Below are positions 23,605 to 34,624 of a DNA stretch of 64,000 nt, one piece after another. The stretch lies in assembly GCA_963703415.1 (NCBI GenBank), contig CAVPEH010000008.1, positions 48,675 to 112,674 of the forward strand, in the 5' to 3' direction. The notes beneath the pieces are model-generated. The model saw nothing but the letters and a program-made list of their open reading frames with translations. It made no database searches and was not told the DNA's origin. A program made the position numbers and the translations under genes. Origin of the DNA: an uncultured Actinomycetota bacterium. GTDB lineage: Bacteria > Actinomycetota > Actinomycetes > Propionibacteriales > Nocardioidaceae. The first letter of the stretch is position 1. Each line of letters starts with the position of its first letter.

Positions 23605-24274
23605 TGCGCGTCGTGATCGCCGGAGCCGGCGCCGTCGGCCGCTCGGTCGCCCAGGAGCTCATCGGACAACGGCCACTCGGTGCTGCTGATCGACAAGTCC
23701 CCCGCGTCGATCCGCGCCGACATCGTCCCCGGCGCCCAGTGGCTGCTCGCCGACGCGTGCGAGCTCTCGTCCCTCGAGGAGGCCCAGCTGGAGTCGTGCG
23801 ACGTCGTCATCTCGGCGACCGGCGACGACAAGGCCAACCTCGTCATCTCGCTGCTCGCCAAGACCGAGTTCGCGGTGCCGCGCACCGTCGCCCGCGTCAA
23901 CCATCCCGAGCAACGAGTGGCTGTTCAGCGAGTCGTGGGGCGTCGACGTCTCGGTGTCGACACCGCGCCTCATGTCGGCGCTCGTCGAGGAGGCCGTCAC
24001 GGTCGGCGACCTCGTCCGCCTGTTCACGTTCGCGGCAGAGCAACGCGAACCTCGTCGAGCTGACGATGCCGGCCGACTCCCCCTTCGTCGGCAAGCGGGT
24101 CGGCGAGGTGCCGTGGCCCCACGACGTCGTGCTCGTCGCGATCCTGCGCGAGCAACGTCGATCCAGGACGCCCGAGCCGACCGCTCGCTCGAGGCCGGCG
24201 ACGAGCTGCTGTTCGTCACGCCCGAGGACGCCGAGGAGGCGCTCCAGCACCTCCTGGCGCCCGTCGAGCACTAG
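23604..24274 (+). CDS. trkA: TrkA-family K+ uptake RCK protein (CeoC-like; indels)
   Basis: MRVVIAGAGAVG, ATGDDKANLVISLLAKTEF, STPRLMSALVEEAV. Confidence 0.9.
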
Positions 24275-24325
24275 GCGGACCCCGATGCTCCGGTCACCCC
24301 TGCGCCGTGACCCGGCGCGGCACGC

Positions 24326-25066
24326 TCAGTCGCGCGGCTGGATCTTGGGCTGGATCTCGAGCGCCTCTTGGGACAGCAGCACGCCCGCAGCCTCCGGGTC
24401 CGCGACCGGGGTGCGGTTGCGGCTCAGCAGCCAGACCATGCCCGCGAGGGTCGCGAGCTGCAGCGGCCATCCCAGGACGATCTTGGACGTCCCGAGCAGC
24501 CCGATCTGGTCGTCGACCCACAGCGGGTACTGGACGACGACGCGCAGGACGCACGGCAGCGCCAGGATCAAGGTGAGCCGCGAGCACAGGCGTACAAGTG
24601 CCTTGTCGCGGTGCCAGCCGGTCGGGTCGCCTGTCACGGTGCCGACCATGAAGCCGACGATCGGCCAGCCGATCAGGATCGTGAGCACGAGCACGACGGC
24701 GTAGGCGCCGTTGTAGATCATTCCGGGCAGGAACGCGTCGCGTGCCTCGCCGGACCGCGAGTGCGAACACGGCGGCGATGCCGATGCCGAACAGCGCGTT
24801 GAGGACGAACTGCGTCGTGGAGCGCTGGACGAGGCGAACGACGAGCAGCGCGACGGCCACCCCGCCGCCGATCCACAGGGCGAGCTGGAGGTCGCGCGCG
24901 ATGATCCAGTGCAGGGTGAACACGATCGTCGGGACGGCGCCTCGACGATGCCCCGGACGCCACCGAGCGCCTTGGCGAGCTGTGCGCGGACGACCTGCTC
25001 GACGGTACCGGGCTCGCCGGCGCTCCGCCGGGTCGGGGGCTAGGGGGACGGGGTGCTCGCGCTCAT
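24326..25066 (-). CDS. DUF3159 membrane protein (indels)
   Basis: VRLVQRST, GWPIVGFMVG, KIVLGWPL; conserved position after trkA pair. Confidence 0.8.
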
Positions 25067-25440
25067 CGGCTCAGCTCGTATCGGGGGTTGTAGATCACGC
25101 GGTCGTCGCCACGCAGGCCGAGGCGCCCCGTGACGGTCAGGGCACGGCCGGCCTCGATGCCCTCGACGCGGCGGCGTCCGAGCCAGACCAGGGTGACGGT
25201 GCCGGACCCGTCGTACAGCGTCGCCTCGAGGGCGCGGGCCTCGCTGCGAGGCCGCAGCGTGACGGCACGGAGCACGCCGTGGACGGTGACGACCTCGCCG
25301 ACGTGCTGGTCGCGCACCGGTCGACAGCCTGCCGTCTCCGCGCCTCGGCGCAGGGCGGCGTCGTCCTCACGCTCGGTGAGGCCCGACATGCGGTCGCGGG
25401 CACGACTCCACATGCGGGTCACTGCTCCCCCGCTCGTCAT
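25063..25440 (-). CDS. OB-fold nucleic-acid-binding protein
   Basis: LYDGSGTVTLVWLGRRRVEGI..IYNPRYEL. Confidence 0.88.
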   Translation of the reverse strand: MTSGGAVTRMWSRARDRMSGLTEREDDAALRRGAETAGCRPVRDQHVGEVVTVHGVLRAVTLRPRSEARALEATLYDGSGTVTLVWLGRRRVEGIEAGRALTVTGRLGLRGDDRVIYNPRYELSR

Positions 25441-25459
25441 GGGAAACGCCTCGTCATTC

Positions 25460-26192
25460 ATCCAGCCTAGGCGGTGAAGCCGTCACGGGCCGGAGATCAG
25501 ATCTCGTCGTCGGCTGCTCGGCACGGACGGCGCCGGCCGGCACGACGACGGGAATCTGCTCTCGCGGCGGCATCGGGGTCGAGCCGCGCACCACGACGAC
25601 GTCGCGAACGGCTTGCTCGAGGATGCTCTCGGGGTCCGACGTGGAGCCCAGCTTCGCCCATGAAGGTGGCGCGCAGCAGCCAGCGCGGCCCGTCGACGCC
25701 GATGATCCGGCTCGGCTGGACACCCTGGCGGCCGTCAGAGGCCTGGACCGGCACGACGACGCGCAGCTCGCGACCGAACGTCGAGTCGACCTCCTCGACC
25801 TTGCCACCGACGCGCTCGACCTCGGCGATGATCTCCGGACGGATCTCGTCCCACAGGCCGCCACCGCGTGGCGCGGCGAAGGCGCGCAGCTCGACCGCGC
25901 TCTCCTCGGCCAGCGCGACCACGGAGGTCGCGACCCCGGTCTCGGGGTCGGTGGGGATCTGGAGGTCGAGCCCGACACGGCCCTGCACGATCAGGGCGCC
26001 GACGTCGACGAAGGTGGGGTCGTCCTCGGGGATCTCGCGCTCGGAGGCGTCCCACGGTCCCTGGGAGCGGTCGTACGGTGCAGGACCGCTCGCCTGCTCG
26101 TCGTCCTCGTGCGGAGCGTCCGTGACCTCGGTCTCGGTCTCGGCGGCCTCCGCAGCCGTCTCGTCGTGGTCCTTCTTGCGACGACCGAACAT
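25460..26192 (-). CDS. DUF3710 protein (frameshift near 25650; 3' end approximate)
   Basis: AFAAPRGGGLWDE, GVDGPRWLLRA, VVVRGSTPMPPRE. Confidence 0.88.
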
Positions 26193-26247
26193 CACCGCGC
26201 TCCTCTCGTCCTCGTGTCCCGCGGCTCGGTGGTGCCGTGCCCGTCGA

Positions 26248-26704
26248 TCACGTGGTCTGCGTCACCGCGAAACCACCCGTCGAACCGTACCCCCCGTCAC
26301 CACGCACGGACGTCGGGAGGGCGTCGACCACACGGAACTCCGCGCGCTCGACCTTCTGGAGCACCAGCTGGGCGATCCGGTCACCCTTCGACAGGACGAT
26401 CGGCTCCGTCCGGTCCAGGTTGACCAGGCAGCACCTTGATCTCGCCACGGTACCCCGCGTCCACGGTGCCGGGAGTGTTCACGATCGACAGTCCGCACCG
26501 GGCCGCGAGACCCGAGCGGGGGTGCACGAGCGCCACGTAGCCCGGCGGCAGCGCCAGGGCGATCCCGGTCGGGACGAGCGCGCGCTCCCCCGGCTGGAGG
26601 GTGACGTCCACCGTGGTGCACAGATCGGCTCCGGCGTCGTCGGGGTGGGCGTACGACGGGAGCGGGACGGTGTCGTCCAGACGCGTGAGCATGACCTCGA
26701 CCAT
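26248..26704 (-). CDS. dut: dUTP diphosphatase (frameshift near 26430)
   Basis: [45 protein letters not shown]. Confidence 0.96.
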
Positions 26705-26757
26705 GTCGGACGACCCTACCGCTGAGGTGACCCTAACCGTCATGGCAACCTTGTCGC

Positions 26758-27225
26758 ATGAGCCGTGACGCCGATGTGCCGTCGTACCGCGAGCACCTGA
26801 GTGTCCCGGTGTCGTGGTGGTTCGGCGCGGCAGGGCTCGCTCTCGTCGTCTGGTGGATCTTCGCCCTCGCGACCCCTGCATGGGTGGCGCTCTGCGCAGC
26901 GGTGGTCGTCGCCGTCGCCGTCGGGTTCGGACTCGTCCAGTACGGGAACGCAGCGGTCGAGGTGTCCAACGTGCACCTGCGCGCAGGATCGGCCCGCATC
27001 CCGCTCGTGCACTGCGGCGACGTCGCTGTCCTGGACGCCGCCGAGACGCGGGCCCTGCACGGACCGCAGGCCGACGCGCGGGCGTTCTTCCTGATCCGGC
27101 CCTACATCCACACCTCCGTACGCGTCGAGGTGCTGGACCCGCGCGACCCCACGCCGTACTGGCTGATCGGGACCCGCCACCCCCACGAGCTCGCCGACGC
27201 GCTGCTCGCCCGGCGCACCGGCTGA
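26758..27225 (+). CDS. DUF3093 membrane protein
   Basis: [28 protein letters not shown]; divergent from dut. Confidence 0.9.
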   Translation: MSRDADVPSYREHLSVPVSWWFGAAGLALVVWWIFALATPAWVALCAAVVVAVAVGFGLVQYGNAAVEVSNVHLRAGSARIPLVHCGDVAVLDAAETRALHGPQADARAFFLIRPYIHTSVRVEVLDPRDPTPYWLIGTRHPHELADALLARRTG

Positions 27226-27342
27226 CCCGGCTCGCTCGCCGGCGCGTCGACGGTCGACGTGACCGTACGCGGCCCGGACCCGAGGCGCTACCGTTTCGGC
27301 TGTGCGGACCTTCGCACCTCGACGACGAAGGGAAGAGCGAGC

Positions 27343-27699
27343 GTGGCGCGCAGCGCGAAGAAGCAGGCGGCGACCAAGGCGGTCCAGAAGCCGAAGCAGA
27401 AGCAGAAGCGGCCCAGCAAGACGACGTGGCGGCTGATCGACCGGACCTCGACGATCGCGGCGGGGGTGATCGCGACCCAGGCCGCCGCTCTCGTCTGGAG
27501 GGCAGCCACGGGCCAGCGACCGCCGAGCGACGACGCGTCCCGTGATCCCGCCATGCAGACCCGCGAGGCCATCGCTTGGGCAGTCCTGGCCGGTGCCAGC
27601 GCCGGAGTCCTGAAGGTGGTCCTCAACCGTCAGGCCGTGGCCTACTGGGTGCGGTCGACCGGAGACCTGCCTCCGGGGTTCAAGAACCCTCGGCCCTGA
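27343..27699 (+). CDS. DUF4235 protein
   Basis: [16 protein letters not shown]. Confidence 0.8.
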   Translation: MARSAKKQAATKAVQKPKQKQKRPSKTTWRLIDRTSTIAAGVIATQAAALVWRAATGQRPPSDDASRDPAMQTREAIAWAVLAGASAGVLKVVLNRQAVAYWVRSTGDLPPGFKNPRP

Positions 27700-27714
27700 G
27701 GCCGCAGCCGGGCA

Positions 27715-27757
27715 CGACGACGCCCCCGACCGTGACACGGTGCGGGGGCGTCGTCGT
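27715..27757. terminator. Bidirectional hairpin terminator
   Basis: ACGACGACGCCCCCG...CGGGGGCGTCGTCGT between convergent genes. Confidence 0.75.
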
Positions 27758-27765
27758 AAGCCTGA

Positions 27766-28064
27766 TCAGGCGCAGTCCACGCAGATCAGCTTGCTTGCCC
27801 TTCTCGTGGGCAAGCTGGCTGCGGTGGTGCACCAGGAAGCACGACGTGCAGGTGAACTCGTCCGACTGTTTCGGCACGCACCTGGACCGCGAGCTCCTCG
27901 TGGGACAGGTCGGCGCCGGGCAGCTCGAAGGACTCGGCCGCCTCGATCTCGTCCTCGTCGACCTTGCCGGAGTTCTTCTCGTGCCGACGCGCCTTGAGCT
28001 CCTCGATGCTGTCCTCGGACTGCTCTTCTTCGGTCTTGCGCGGTGCGTCGTAGTCGGTCGCCAT
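27766..28064 (-). CDS. DUF4193 protein (frameshift near 27880)
   Basis: MATDYDAPRK, FELPGADLS, DEFTCTSCFLVHHRSQLA, CVDC. Confidence 0.92.
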
Positions 28065-28164
28065 CAACTCTCCTCTTGCATCTCTCACCCGACCCCCGAG
28101 GGCCGGGTTCATCCATTTTTGTAACCTCAGGCGCGCAGATTGTGCCACACGAAACGCGTGACCC

Positions 28165-29009
28165 ACACTTCAGAACCCACAAGCGCGCACGAGCCGGATA
28201 ATATTCCTCGGCGAACGGCTCCGGTGCGGCGACGACCAGCCGCTCGTCGGGCGGACCGTCGAGGCCGGTCACGACAGCCCCGGCCTCTGGGCGATCAAGC
28301 CACCCGCCGCGATGTCCCACGGCGCCAGCCCCTGCTCGACGTACGCGTCAAGGCGACCGTCGGCCAGCGCACAGAGGTCGAGCGCCGCCGATCCGATGCG
28401 ACGGATGTCACGCACGTGCGGCCAGCATCCGTGCCACCGCCTGCGCCTGCGTGCCCGGATCTCGGGGACGTAGTTGAACCCCGTCGCGACGAGGGCGTGC
28501 GACATCTGCGAGGGGCCTACCGCCCGCAGGCGGACGGCCTGCCGACGACGGGCTCGTCACGGACGAACGCGCCGCCACCGCGTACCGCGGTGTACTCGTG
28601 GCCGCGTCGCGATGTTGACGACGTACGCCGCCTCGACCACCCCGTCGACCTCGCGCGGCGATCGGCGACGGCGTAGTGCGGGATGCCCGTAGACGAAGTT
28701 GACGGTCCCGTCGATCGGGTCGACGACCCACCGGACCGCGCCCGCGCTCGAGAGGGTCTCCTCTCCGACGGTCTCGCCACCTTCCTCGCCGAGAAGGCGT
28801 CGTCGGGGCGGTCGGCGAGGATCATCGACCGGACGAGGTGCTCGCGCGCCGCGGTCGATCTCGGTGACGAGGTCGGTCGGGCTCGACTTGGTGGCGGCGA
28901 CGTCGACGCGCCCGGCGGGCCGCTGCTCACGCACGAACGCCGCGGCGGCGCGCCCGGTCGTGAGCGCGAGCGTCCCGAGCGCCCGCGGATCGGGCCGGGC
29001 TGTGCTCAC
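28165..29009 (-). CDS. suhB: Inositol monophosphatase family protein (many indels; 3' end approximate)
   Basis: [41 protein letters not shown]. Confidence 0.9.
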
Positions 29010-30161
29010 CGGTCCTCACCGAGCAGCGCCGGACGTTCGGGATCACGCGAGGTTGACGCAGCAGCCCGACGGGACACACGTTCGCAGCTCGGCGGCAGCT
29101 CGCCGACGACGGGCTGCGCCGGGTCCTCCCCGCGCTCGTCGGCGGCGCGCTCGAGCAGCAGCTCGCGCATCATCGGCGACGAACCGCCGGTCGACGCCCG
29201 GGGTCGGCACCCGCGCGAAGCCGCAGCCCGAGCCGCTCGGCGGTCTCCTTGCGCCTCGGTGTCGAGGTCGTAGATGACCTCCATGTGGTCGGAGACGAAC
29301 CCGATCGGGACCAGCGACGACCGAGGCCGACCCCCTGCGCTGCCAGCTCCTCGAGGTGGTCGTTGACGTCCGGCTCGAGCCACGGCACGCTGCGGGGACC
29401 CCGAGCGCGAGCAGTAGACGAGGTCGTGGGCGCGGGCGACGCCGGTACGGTCGGCCACCGCGTCCGCCACCTGCGCGGCGACGTCGCGGTGCTCCCGGAC
29501 GTACGCGGCTCCCCCGACGAGGGCCTCGCCGGTGGTGACGCGCCCGCTGGCCTCGTTCATCGCGTCCGGGATCGAGTGCGTGACGAAGACCAGGCGCGTG
29601 GCGGCCGTGTCGTACCCCTCGTGGCCCAGCTGCGTGAGCGCGCCCACCGTGCCGTCGACGAACGGGGCGACGAAGCCCGGGTGGTTGAAGTAGTGACGCA
29701 CCCGGTCGAGGCGGGGGGCGCCCTCCCGCACGGCGACCGTCGCGTCGTACAGGTTCTCGCGGTACTGGCGGCAGCCGGAGTACGAGGAGTACGCGCTGGT
29801 GAACGAAGCACACGGCCCGCTCGACGCCGTCGGCGCGCCATCTGGGCGAGCGTGTCGCGTCAGGTACGGGTCCCAGTTGCGGTTGCCCCAGTAGATCGGC
29901 AGGTCGACGCCGTGCGCGGCGAAGTCCAGCCGCAGGACGCGCGAGCAGCTCGCGGTTCTGGTCGTTGATCGGCGACTGCCCGCCGAACGAGAAGTAGTGC
30001 TCGCCCACCTCGACGAGCCGCTCGCGGGGGATGCCGCGGCCACGGGTGACGTTCTCGAGGAACGGGACGACGTCGTCGGGCTTCTCGGGGCCTCCGAAGG
30101 AGACCAGCAGGAACGCGTCGTACGGACGGGTGTCGGGGACGGGTCGATCCATGGCGTCCAT
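29006..30161 (-). CDS. hemH: Ferrochelatase / coproporphyrin ferrochelatase (many indels)
   Basis: [52 protein letters not shown]. Confidence 0.93.
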
Positions 30162-30251
30162 CCTTCCAACCCTGGCGATACCCTGCAGGGGTGACCCCGT
30201 CGGGGCACCCGGAGGAGTCTCCTCTGCCACACCCCCTCCCCAGGAACACCG

Positions 30252-31432
30252 TTGCTCGACTCGTACCGCCGGATCCTCGCGGTCCCAGGTGCCCCGGCCT
30301 TCAGTGCGGCCGCGCTCGTCGCCAGACTCCCGATCTCGATGCTCGGCCTCGGCTTCGTGCTCCTCGTCTCCGAGGAGACCGGCTCGTACGCCAAGGCGGG
30401 CGTGATCTCCGCCGTCGCCGTCATCGCCAACGCCGTCGGGGCCCCGCTCCAGGGTCGGCTCACCGACCGTTTCGGGCAGCACCGTGTGCTCCCGGCGACG
30501 TCGGCGCTCTTCGGCCTCGGGCTGGCGCTCGGGCTCCTCGCGATCAGCCAGGGGGCCCCGACCCCGTCCCTCACGCGTGCGCGGCACTGGCCGGCCTCGC
30601 CCTCCCGCAGGCCGGCTCGATGGTACGCGCGCGCTGGACGCACAACGCCGAGCCGTCGATGATTCCCACCGCCTTCGCCCTCGAGGCGGTGCTCGACGAG
30701 GTCGTCTTCATCGTCGGGCCGGTGGTCGTCACCTTCCTTGCGACGATGGTCGACCCCTACCTCGGGCTCGCGGTGGCCGGTGTCGCCGGCATCACCGGCT
30801 CGCTCGCCCTGGCCGTCCAACGGCGGACCGAGCCTCCGTCGGGACACCACCGCGATCGCGAGACGCCGCGCGGCGCCATGCCCGTGGCGTTCCTCGCGCC
30901 GCTCGTCGGCGCCGGGGTGGGCTTCGGGATCCTCTTCGGGGCTGCTGAGGTCGTGACGGTCGCCGTCGCCGATGCGGCCGGCTACAAGGAGCTCTCCGGC
31001 GCGCTGCTCGCGGTGTGGGCGGCCGGCAGCCTGATCGCCGGGTTCCTCGTCGGAGCCCTCCCCCCACGCATCGCCCCGCTGCGCCAGCTGCGGATCACCA
31101 CCGCCGTGCTGACGCTGAGCGTGCTGCCCCTTCTCCTCACCTCGTCGCTCCCTCTGGTTGCGGTGGCGCTGTTCGTCTCCGGCTTCGCGATCGCCCCGAG
31201 CATGGTGGCTGCGACAAGGCTCGTCGAGCAGGGTGTGCCCAAGGAGCGACTCACCGAGGGCATCGCCTGGTTCACGACCGGCCTGGCGACCGGCGTGGCA
31301 CCCGGCGCCGCGATCTCCGGGTGGGTGGTCGACCACGTCGCCCCCTCATGGGGGTACGCGGTGTGTGCCGGCGCGGGCCTCCTCGCGATGGCCGGCGCCT
31401 GGCTGATCCGGGGCGTACGAAGCCCTCAGTAG
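30252..31432 (+). CDS. MFS transporter (frameshift near 30570)
   Basis: [29 protein letters not shown]. Confidence 0.88.
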
Positions 31433-32049
31433 CCGTCCATGCCCGGCGGCAGCGGTGCGTGCCACCCTCGGCGCAGCGCGATCATCCGGTAGCCGAACGC
31501 CAGCAGCGCCCCGGGGACGATGACCCACACCTGTCCCAGCTCCCACTCGACGGCGACGACAGCGACGGTGGCGCCCAGCAACGCAGGGAAGGCGTACAGC
31601 TCCTCGCGGAGCACCACCGGCACGCGTCCCGCGAGCACGTCGCGGAGCACGCCGCCGCCGATCGCGGTGAGCATGCCGATCAAGGCGGCCGCGACCGGCT
31701 CGAGCCCGAACTCCAGCGCCTTGGCGGCCCCGGTCACGCAGAACAGACCCATCCCCGCGGCGTCGAAGACGGCGATCTTGCGCTCGACGCGGCCCAGAGC
31801 AGGATGGAAACGGAACGCGATGAGGCCGGCCAGCACCGGCACGATGAGGTAGCGCCAGTCGTTCAGCGCCGCGGGGGGCGTCGCGCCGATGAGCACGTCG
31901 CGGAGGAACCCACCGCCCAACCCGGTGGCGCCTGCGAGCATGAGCACACCGAAGACGTCGAGCGGCTTGCGGACCGCGACGAGACCCCCCGAGAGCGCGA
32001 AGGCGGCGATACCGACGAGGTCGGCGACGATGAGGGCGTGGGACGGCAC
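31426..32049 (-). CDS. TRIC / UPF0126 (YadS-like) membrane protein
   Basis: Internal duplication GGGFLRDVL / GGGVLRDVL, ELYA. Confidence 0.9.
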   Translation of the reverse strand: MPSHALIVADLVGIAAFALSGGLVAVRKPLDVFGVLMLAGATGLGGGFLRDVLIGATPPAALNDWRYLIVPVLAGLIAFRFHPALGRVERKIAVFDAAGMGLFCVTGAAKALEFGLEPVAAALIGMLTAIGGGVLRDVLAGRVPVVLREELYAFPALLGATVAVVAVEWELGQVWVIVPGALLAFGYRMIALRRGWHAPLPPGMDGY

Positions 32050-32171
32050 GGGACGAAACTAGCGCCCCACGAGGGGTGCGAACGATCACCCTCTCGGCGC
32101 GCTTGCTTGGATTGAGTCCGACGGCACCCGAGACTGGGGCTGGTACGAGGCACGAGGACGGAGGCACCAGG

Positions 32172-33209
32172 ATGCGAGACCTCACCGTGGTGGGGCTGAG
32201 CGAGGACCAGAGGTACGTGGTCCTCCGAGGCCCGGTCGGTGAGCTGTTCCGTATCCCGGCCGACGACCGTCTGCGCGCCACCCTCAGGAACGACCGGGCA
32301 CGACTCGGCCAGTTGGAGATAGCGATGGACAGTGCACTGCGTCCGCGAGACATCCAGGCTCGGATCCGCCGTGGGGAGTCGCCGGAGGAGGTGGCAGACG
32401 CGGCGAAGGTCCCGGTCGACCGGATCATGGGCTACGCCCACCCGGTGCTGGCCGAGCGCGAGCACATGGCCGAGCGTGCTCGCGGGGCGACCGTGCGGCG
32501 CAAGCACGCGCAGTCCAACGCCCTGACGCTCGGCGAGTCCGTCGACTCCACGCTGCGGAGTCGGGGCCTCGACCCTGAGAACGCCGAGTGGGACTCGTGG
32601 CGGCGTGACGACGGTCGGTGGACGGTCTGCGTCCGGGCGGGCGCGATCACCGCCGACTACGTCTTCGACCCCGCCGGGCGCTACACGTTCGCGGCGGACG
32701 AGGCCGGTCATGAGCTGGTCGGGGACGTGCCGGACGCGCCCGACGCCTCAGAGATGGCCATCGCCGACGCGGTGTCGCGCCCCGTCGACGTCGTCGAGCT
32801 CGACTCGGACCCCCGCGTCACCTCCCTGCGGCGTGCCCGCGCGCGTCGCGCCGCCCAGGCGAGCGAGCGCACCGACGAGCAGCTGAGCATCAACGACCTG
32901 CCGGGGGCGAGCGAGTCCGAGCCGACCCTCGAGCTGGACGAGACGGCCGAGGCCGTGAGCACAGGCGCTGCGCCGGCAGAGTCCGACCAGGCACCGCGTG
33001 GTCGCGAGACGGAGCGCGCGTACGAGGACGTCGATCCCGGCCCGCCTCCCGCCAGACAGGCCGCCGCGTCGTCCGGTACGCCGGCCTCGGCCGACGACCC
33101 CGGCGACGCGACGGGGGACGACGACCAGCCCCGCAAGCGAGCTCCCCGCCGCCGCGAGCGGCGCCGGGTGCCGTCGTGGGACGAGATCATGTTCGGCGAC
33201 AAGGCCTGA
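32172..33209 (+). CDS. sepH: Septation protein SepH (DUF3071)
   Basis: LRPRDIQARIRRG, PVLAERE, WDSWRRDDGRW, C-terminal RRVPSWDEIMFG. Confidence 0.93.
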   Translation: MRDLTVVGLSEDQRYVVLRGPVGELFRIPADDRLRATLRNDRARLGQLEIAMDSALRPRDIQARIRRGESPEEVADAAKVPVDRIMGYAHPVLAEREHMAERARGATVRRKHAQSNALTLGESVDSTLRSRGLDPENAEWDSWRRDDGRWTVCVRAGAITADYVFDPAGRYTFAADEAGHELVGDVPDAPDASEMAIADAVSRPVDVVELDSDPRVTSLRRARARRAAQASERTDEQLSINDLPGASESEPTLELDETAEAVSTGAAPAESDQAPRGRETERAYEDVDPGPPPARQAAASSGTPASADDPGDATGDDDQPRKRAPRRRERRRVPSWDEIMFGDKA

Positions 33210-33229
33210 GCCGTACGCCTGACGCTGTC

Positions 33230-33268
33230 GAGAGAGCCCCGTACCGGTGACCGGTACGGGGCTCTCTC
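33230..33268. terminator. Bidirectional hairpin terminator
   Basis: GAGAGAGCCCCGTACCGGT-G-ACCGGTACGGGGCTCTCTC perfect stem. Confidence 0.85.
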
Positions 33269-33281
33269 GCGGAGGCGCCGC

Positions 33282-33641
33282 TCAGGCGGCGTCGATGGTC
33301 ACCGAGCCGCGGCAGATCTGGGCGACGGCCAGCTCCTGCCCCGCCGCAGGGAACGTCGTGCCGACGGTGACCACGATCGACCGGACCGCAGCCGGGTTCT
33401 CGCCCTCGCTCAACGTGACGATCGCCGTCGCCTTGTCCGGGTCGATGTCGATGGACCCGACCCCCGCGCTGACGTTCTCGGCGATCACCGTGCTGGCGCC
33501 CTGGACGACCACCGTGCCCCCGTCGGCGTCGCCGAAGCAGCCGGTCGGCCGGTCGCTGTCGGATCCACCACAGCCCGTCATCAGCCCGGCCGCGACCAGC
33601 GCCGCCAGTGCCGCCGTCGTCCGGCGTGCCCTCACCTGCAT
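33282..33641 (-). CDS. Hypothetical lipoprotein
   Basis: Signal peptide ending in lipobox-like LMTGC; two further Cys. Confidence 0.7.
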   Translation of the reverse strand: MQVRARRTTAALAALVAAGLMTGCGGSDSDRPTGCFGDADGGTVVVQGASTVIAENVSAGVGSIDIDPDKATAIVTLSEGENPAAVRSIVVTVGTTFPAAGQELAVAQICRGSVTIDAA

Positions 33642-33656
33642 CCTCCTCGTGTCCCG

Positions 33657-34263
33657 CTAGTCCTTGAGCGGACGCCCACGGGCGTCCGTCTTCCAGCCGT
33701 CGGCCCCGACCAGGTAGAGGATCCCCTCGATGAAGCCCCAGATCGCCCCGATCCCGCAGGTGAGCAACGTCACCACGATCTGAACGATGCCGAGCGTGGT
33801 GTAGCCGAGGTAGAACCGGTGGATCCCGAAGCCGCCGACGAGGATCCCGAGCAGCCCGGCGACGAGCTTGCTCTTGGCCTCCGGGTCCACGTACGCGCCG
33901 TAGTACTGCTGACCGTACGGAGGGTGCTGCCCGTAGGCGGACTGCTGAACGTACGGCGCCTGCTGGCCGTACGGGCTCTGCTGCCCGGAGGGCGGGGCGG
34001 CCGTACGAGGGCTGGCCGTACGGGGGCTGGCCGTACGGCGGCTGCCCCGGCTGCTGGGCGTAGGGGTCCTGCGCGTACGGGTCCTGCCCGTAGGAAGGCT
34101 GGTCGGGGGCTGTCTGTGCCCCCCCGGGGTATCCCCAGCTCCCGTCGGCGGGTCGTCCGGTCTCGGGCTGCGGCGGCTGGGGGTCGCTCTGCGACCCGTC
34201 GGCGCCCGGCGCACCCTCGGGGCGGACGTCGTCCGACCCTCCGGACGCGGATGAGTCGCTCAC
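33657..34263 (-). CDS. TM2/NINE-domain membrane protein with Q/P/Y/G-rich N-terminus (frameshift near 33995)
   Basis: KSKLVAGLLGILVGGFGIHRFYLG..IWGFIEGI; QPPYG repeats. Confidence 0.9.
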
Positions 34264-34359
34264 TCGTCACTCCTTCGTCGTGGCTCCCCACACCCTAGCG
34301 GTCGCCCAACAGGCGTCCGTCGGTCTACCGTGGAGACCACCCGAGGACCAGGAGCTCCC

Positions 34360-34608
34360 ATGACGACCGACCAGGACATCCTCTCGACGATCTCCTCGCT
34401 GGTGGCAGAAGAGAAGTCGCTACGCGAGCGCAGGGAGCGCGGTGACGCCGACCCGGAGACGGAGCTCGCACGGCTCAACGAGGTCGAGACCAGCCTCGAC
34501 CAGTGCTGGGACCTGCTGCGCCAACGGCGGGCCAAGGCGGAGTTCGGCGAGGACCCGGGCGAGGCCCAGGTACGGCCCGCCAGCGAGGTCGAGGGCTACC
34601 TGAGCTGA
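34360..34608 (+). CDS. DUF2630 family protein
   Basis: LVAEE..LDQCWDLLRQRRA..VEGY. Confidence 0.93.
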   Translation: MTTDQDILSTISSLVAEEKSLRERRERGDADPETELARLNEVETSLDQCWDLLRQRRAKAEFGEDPGEAQVRPASEVEGYLS

Positions 34609-34624
34609 GCGCTCCGGCGCCGGC

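Noticed and set aside
25437-25457. Leaderless uORF MTRRFP overlapping the OB-fold gene start
   Set aside because: Cannot be distinguished from a one-base assembly error or chance; a GAGG RBS already explains the downstream start.
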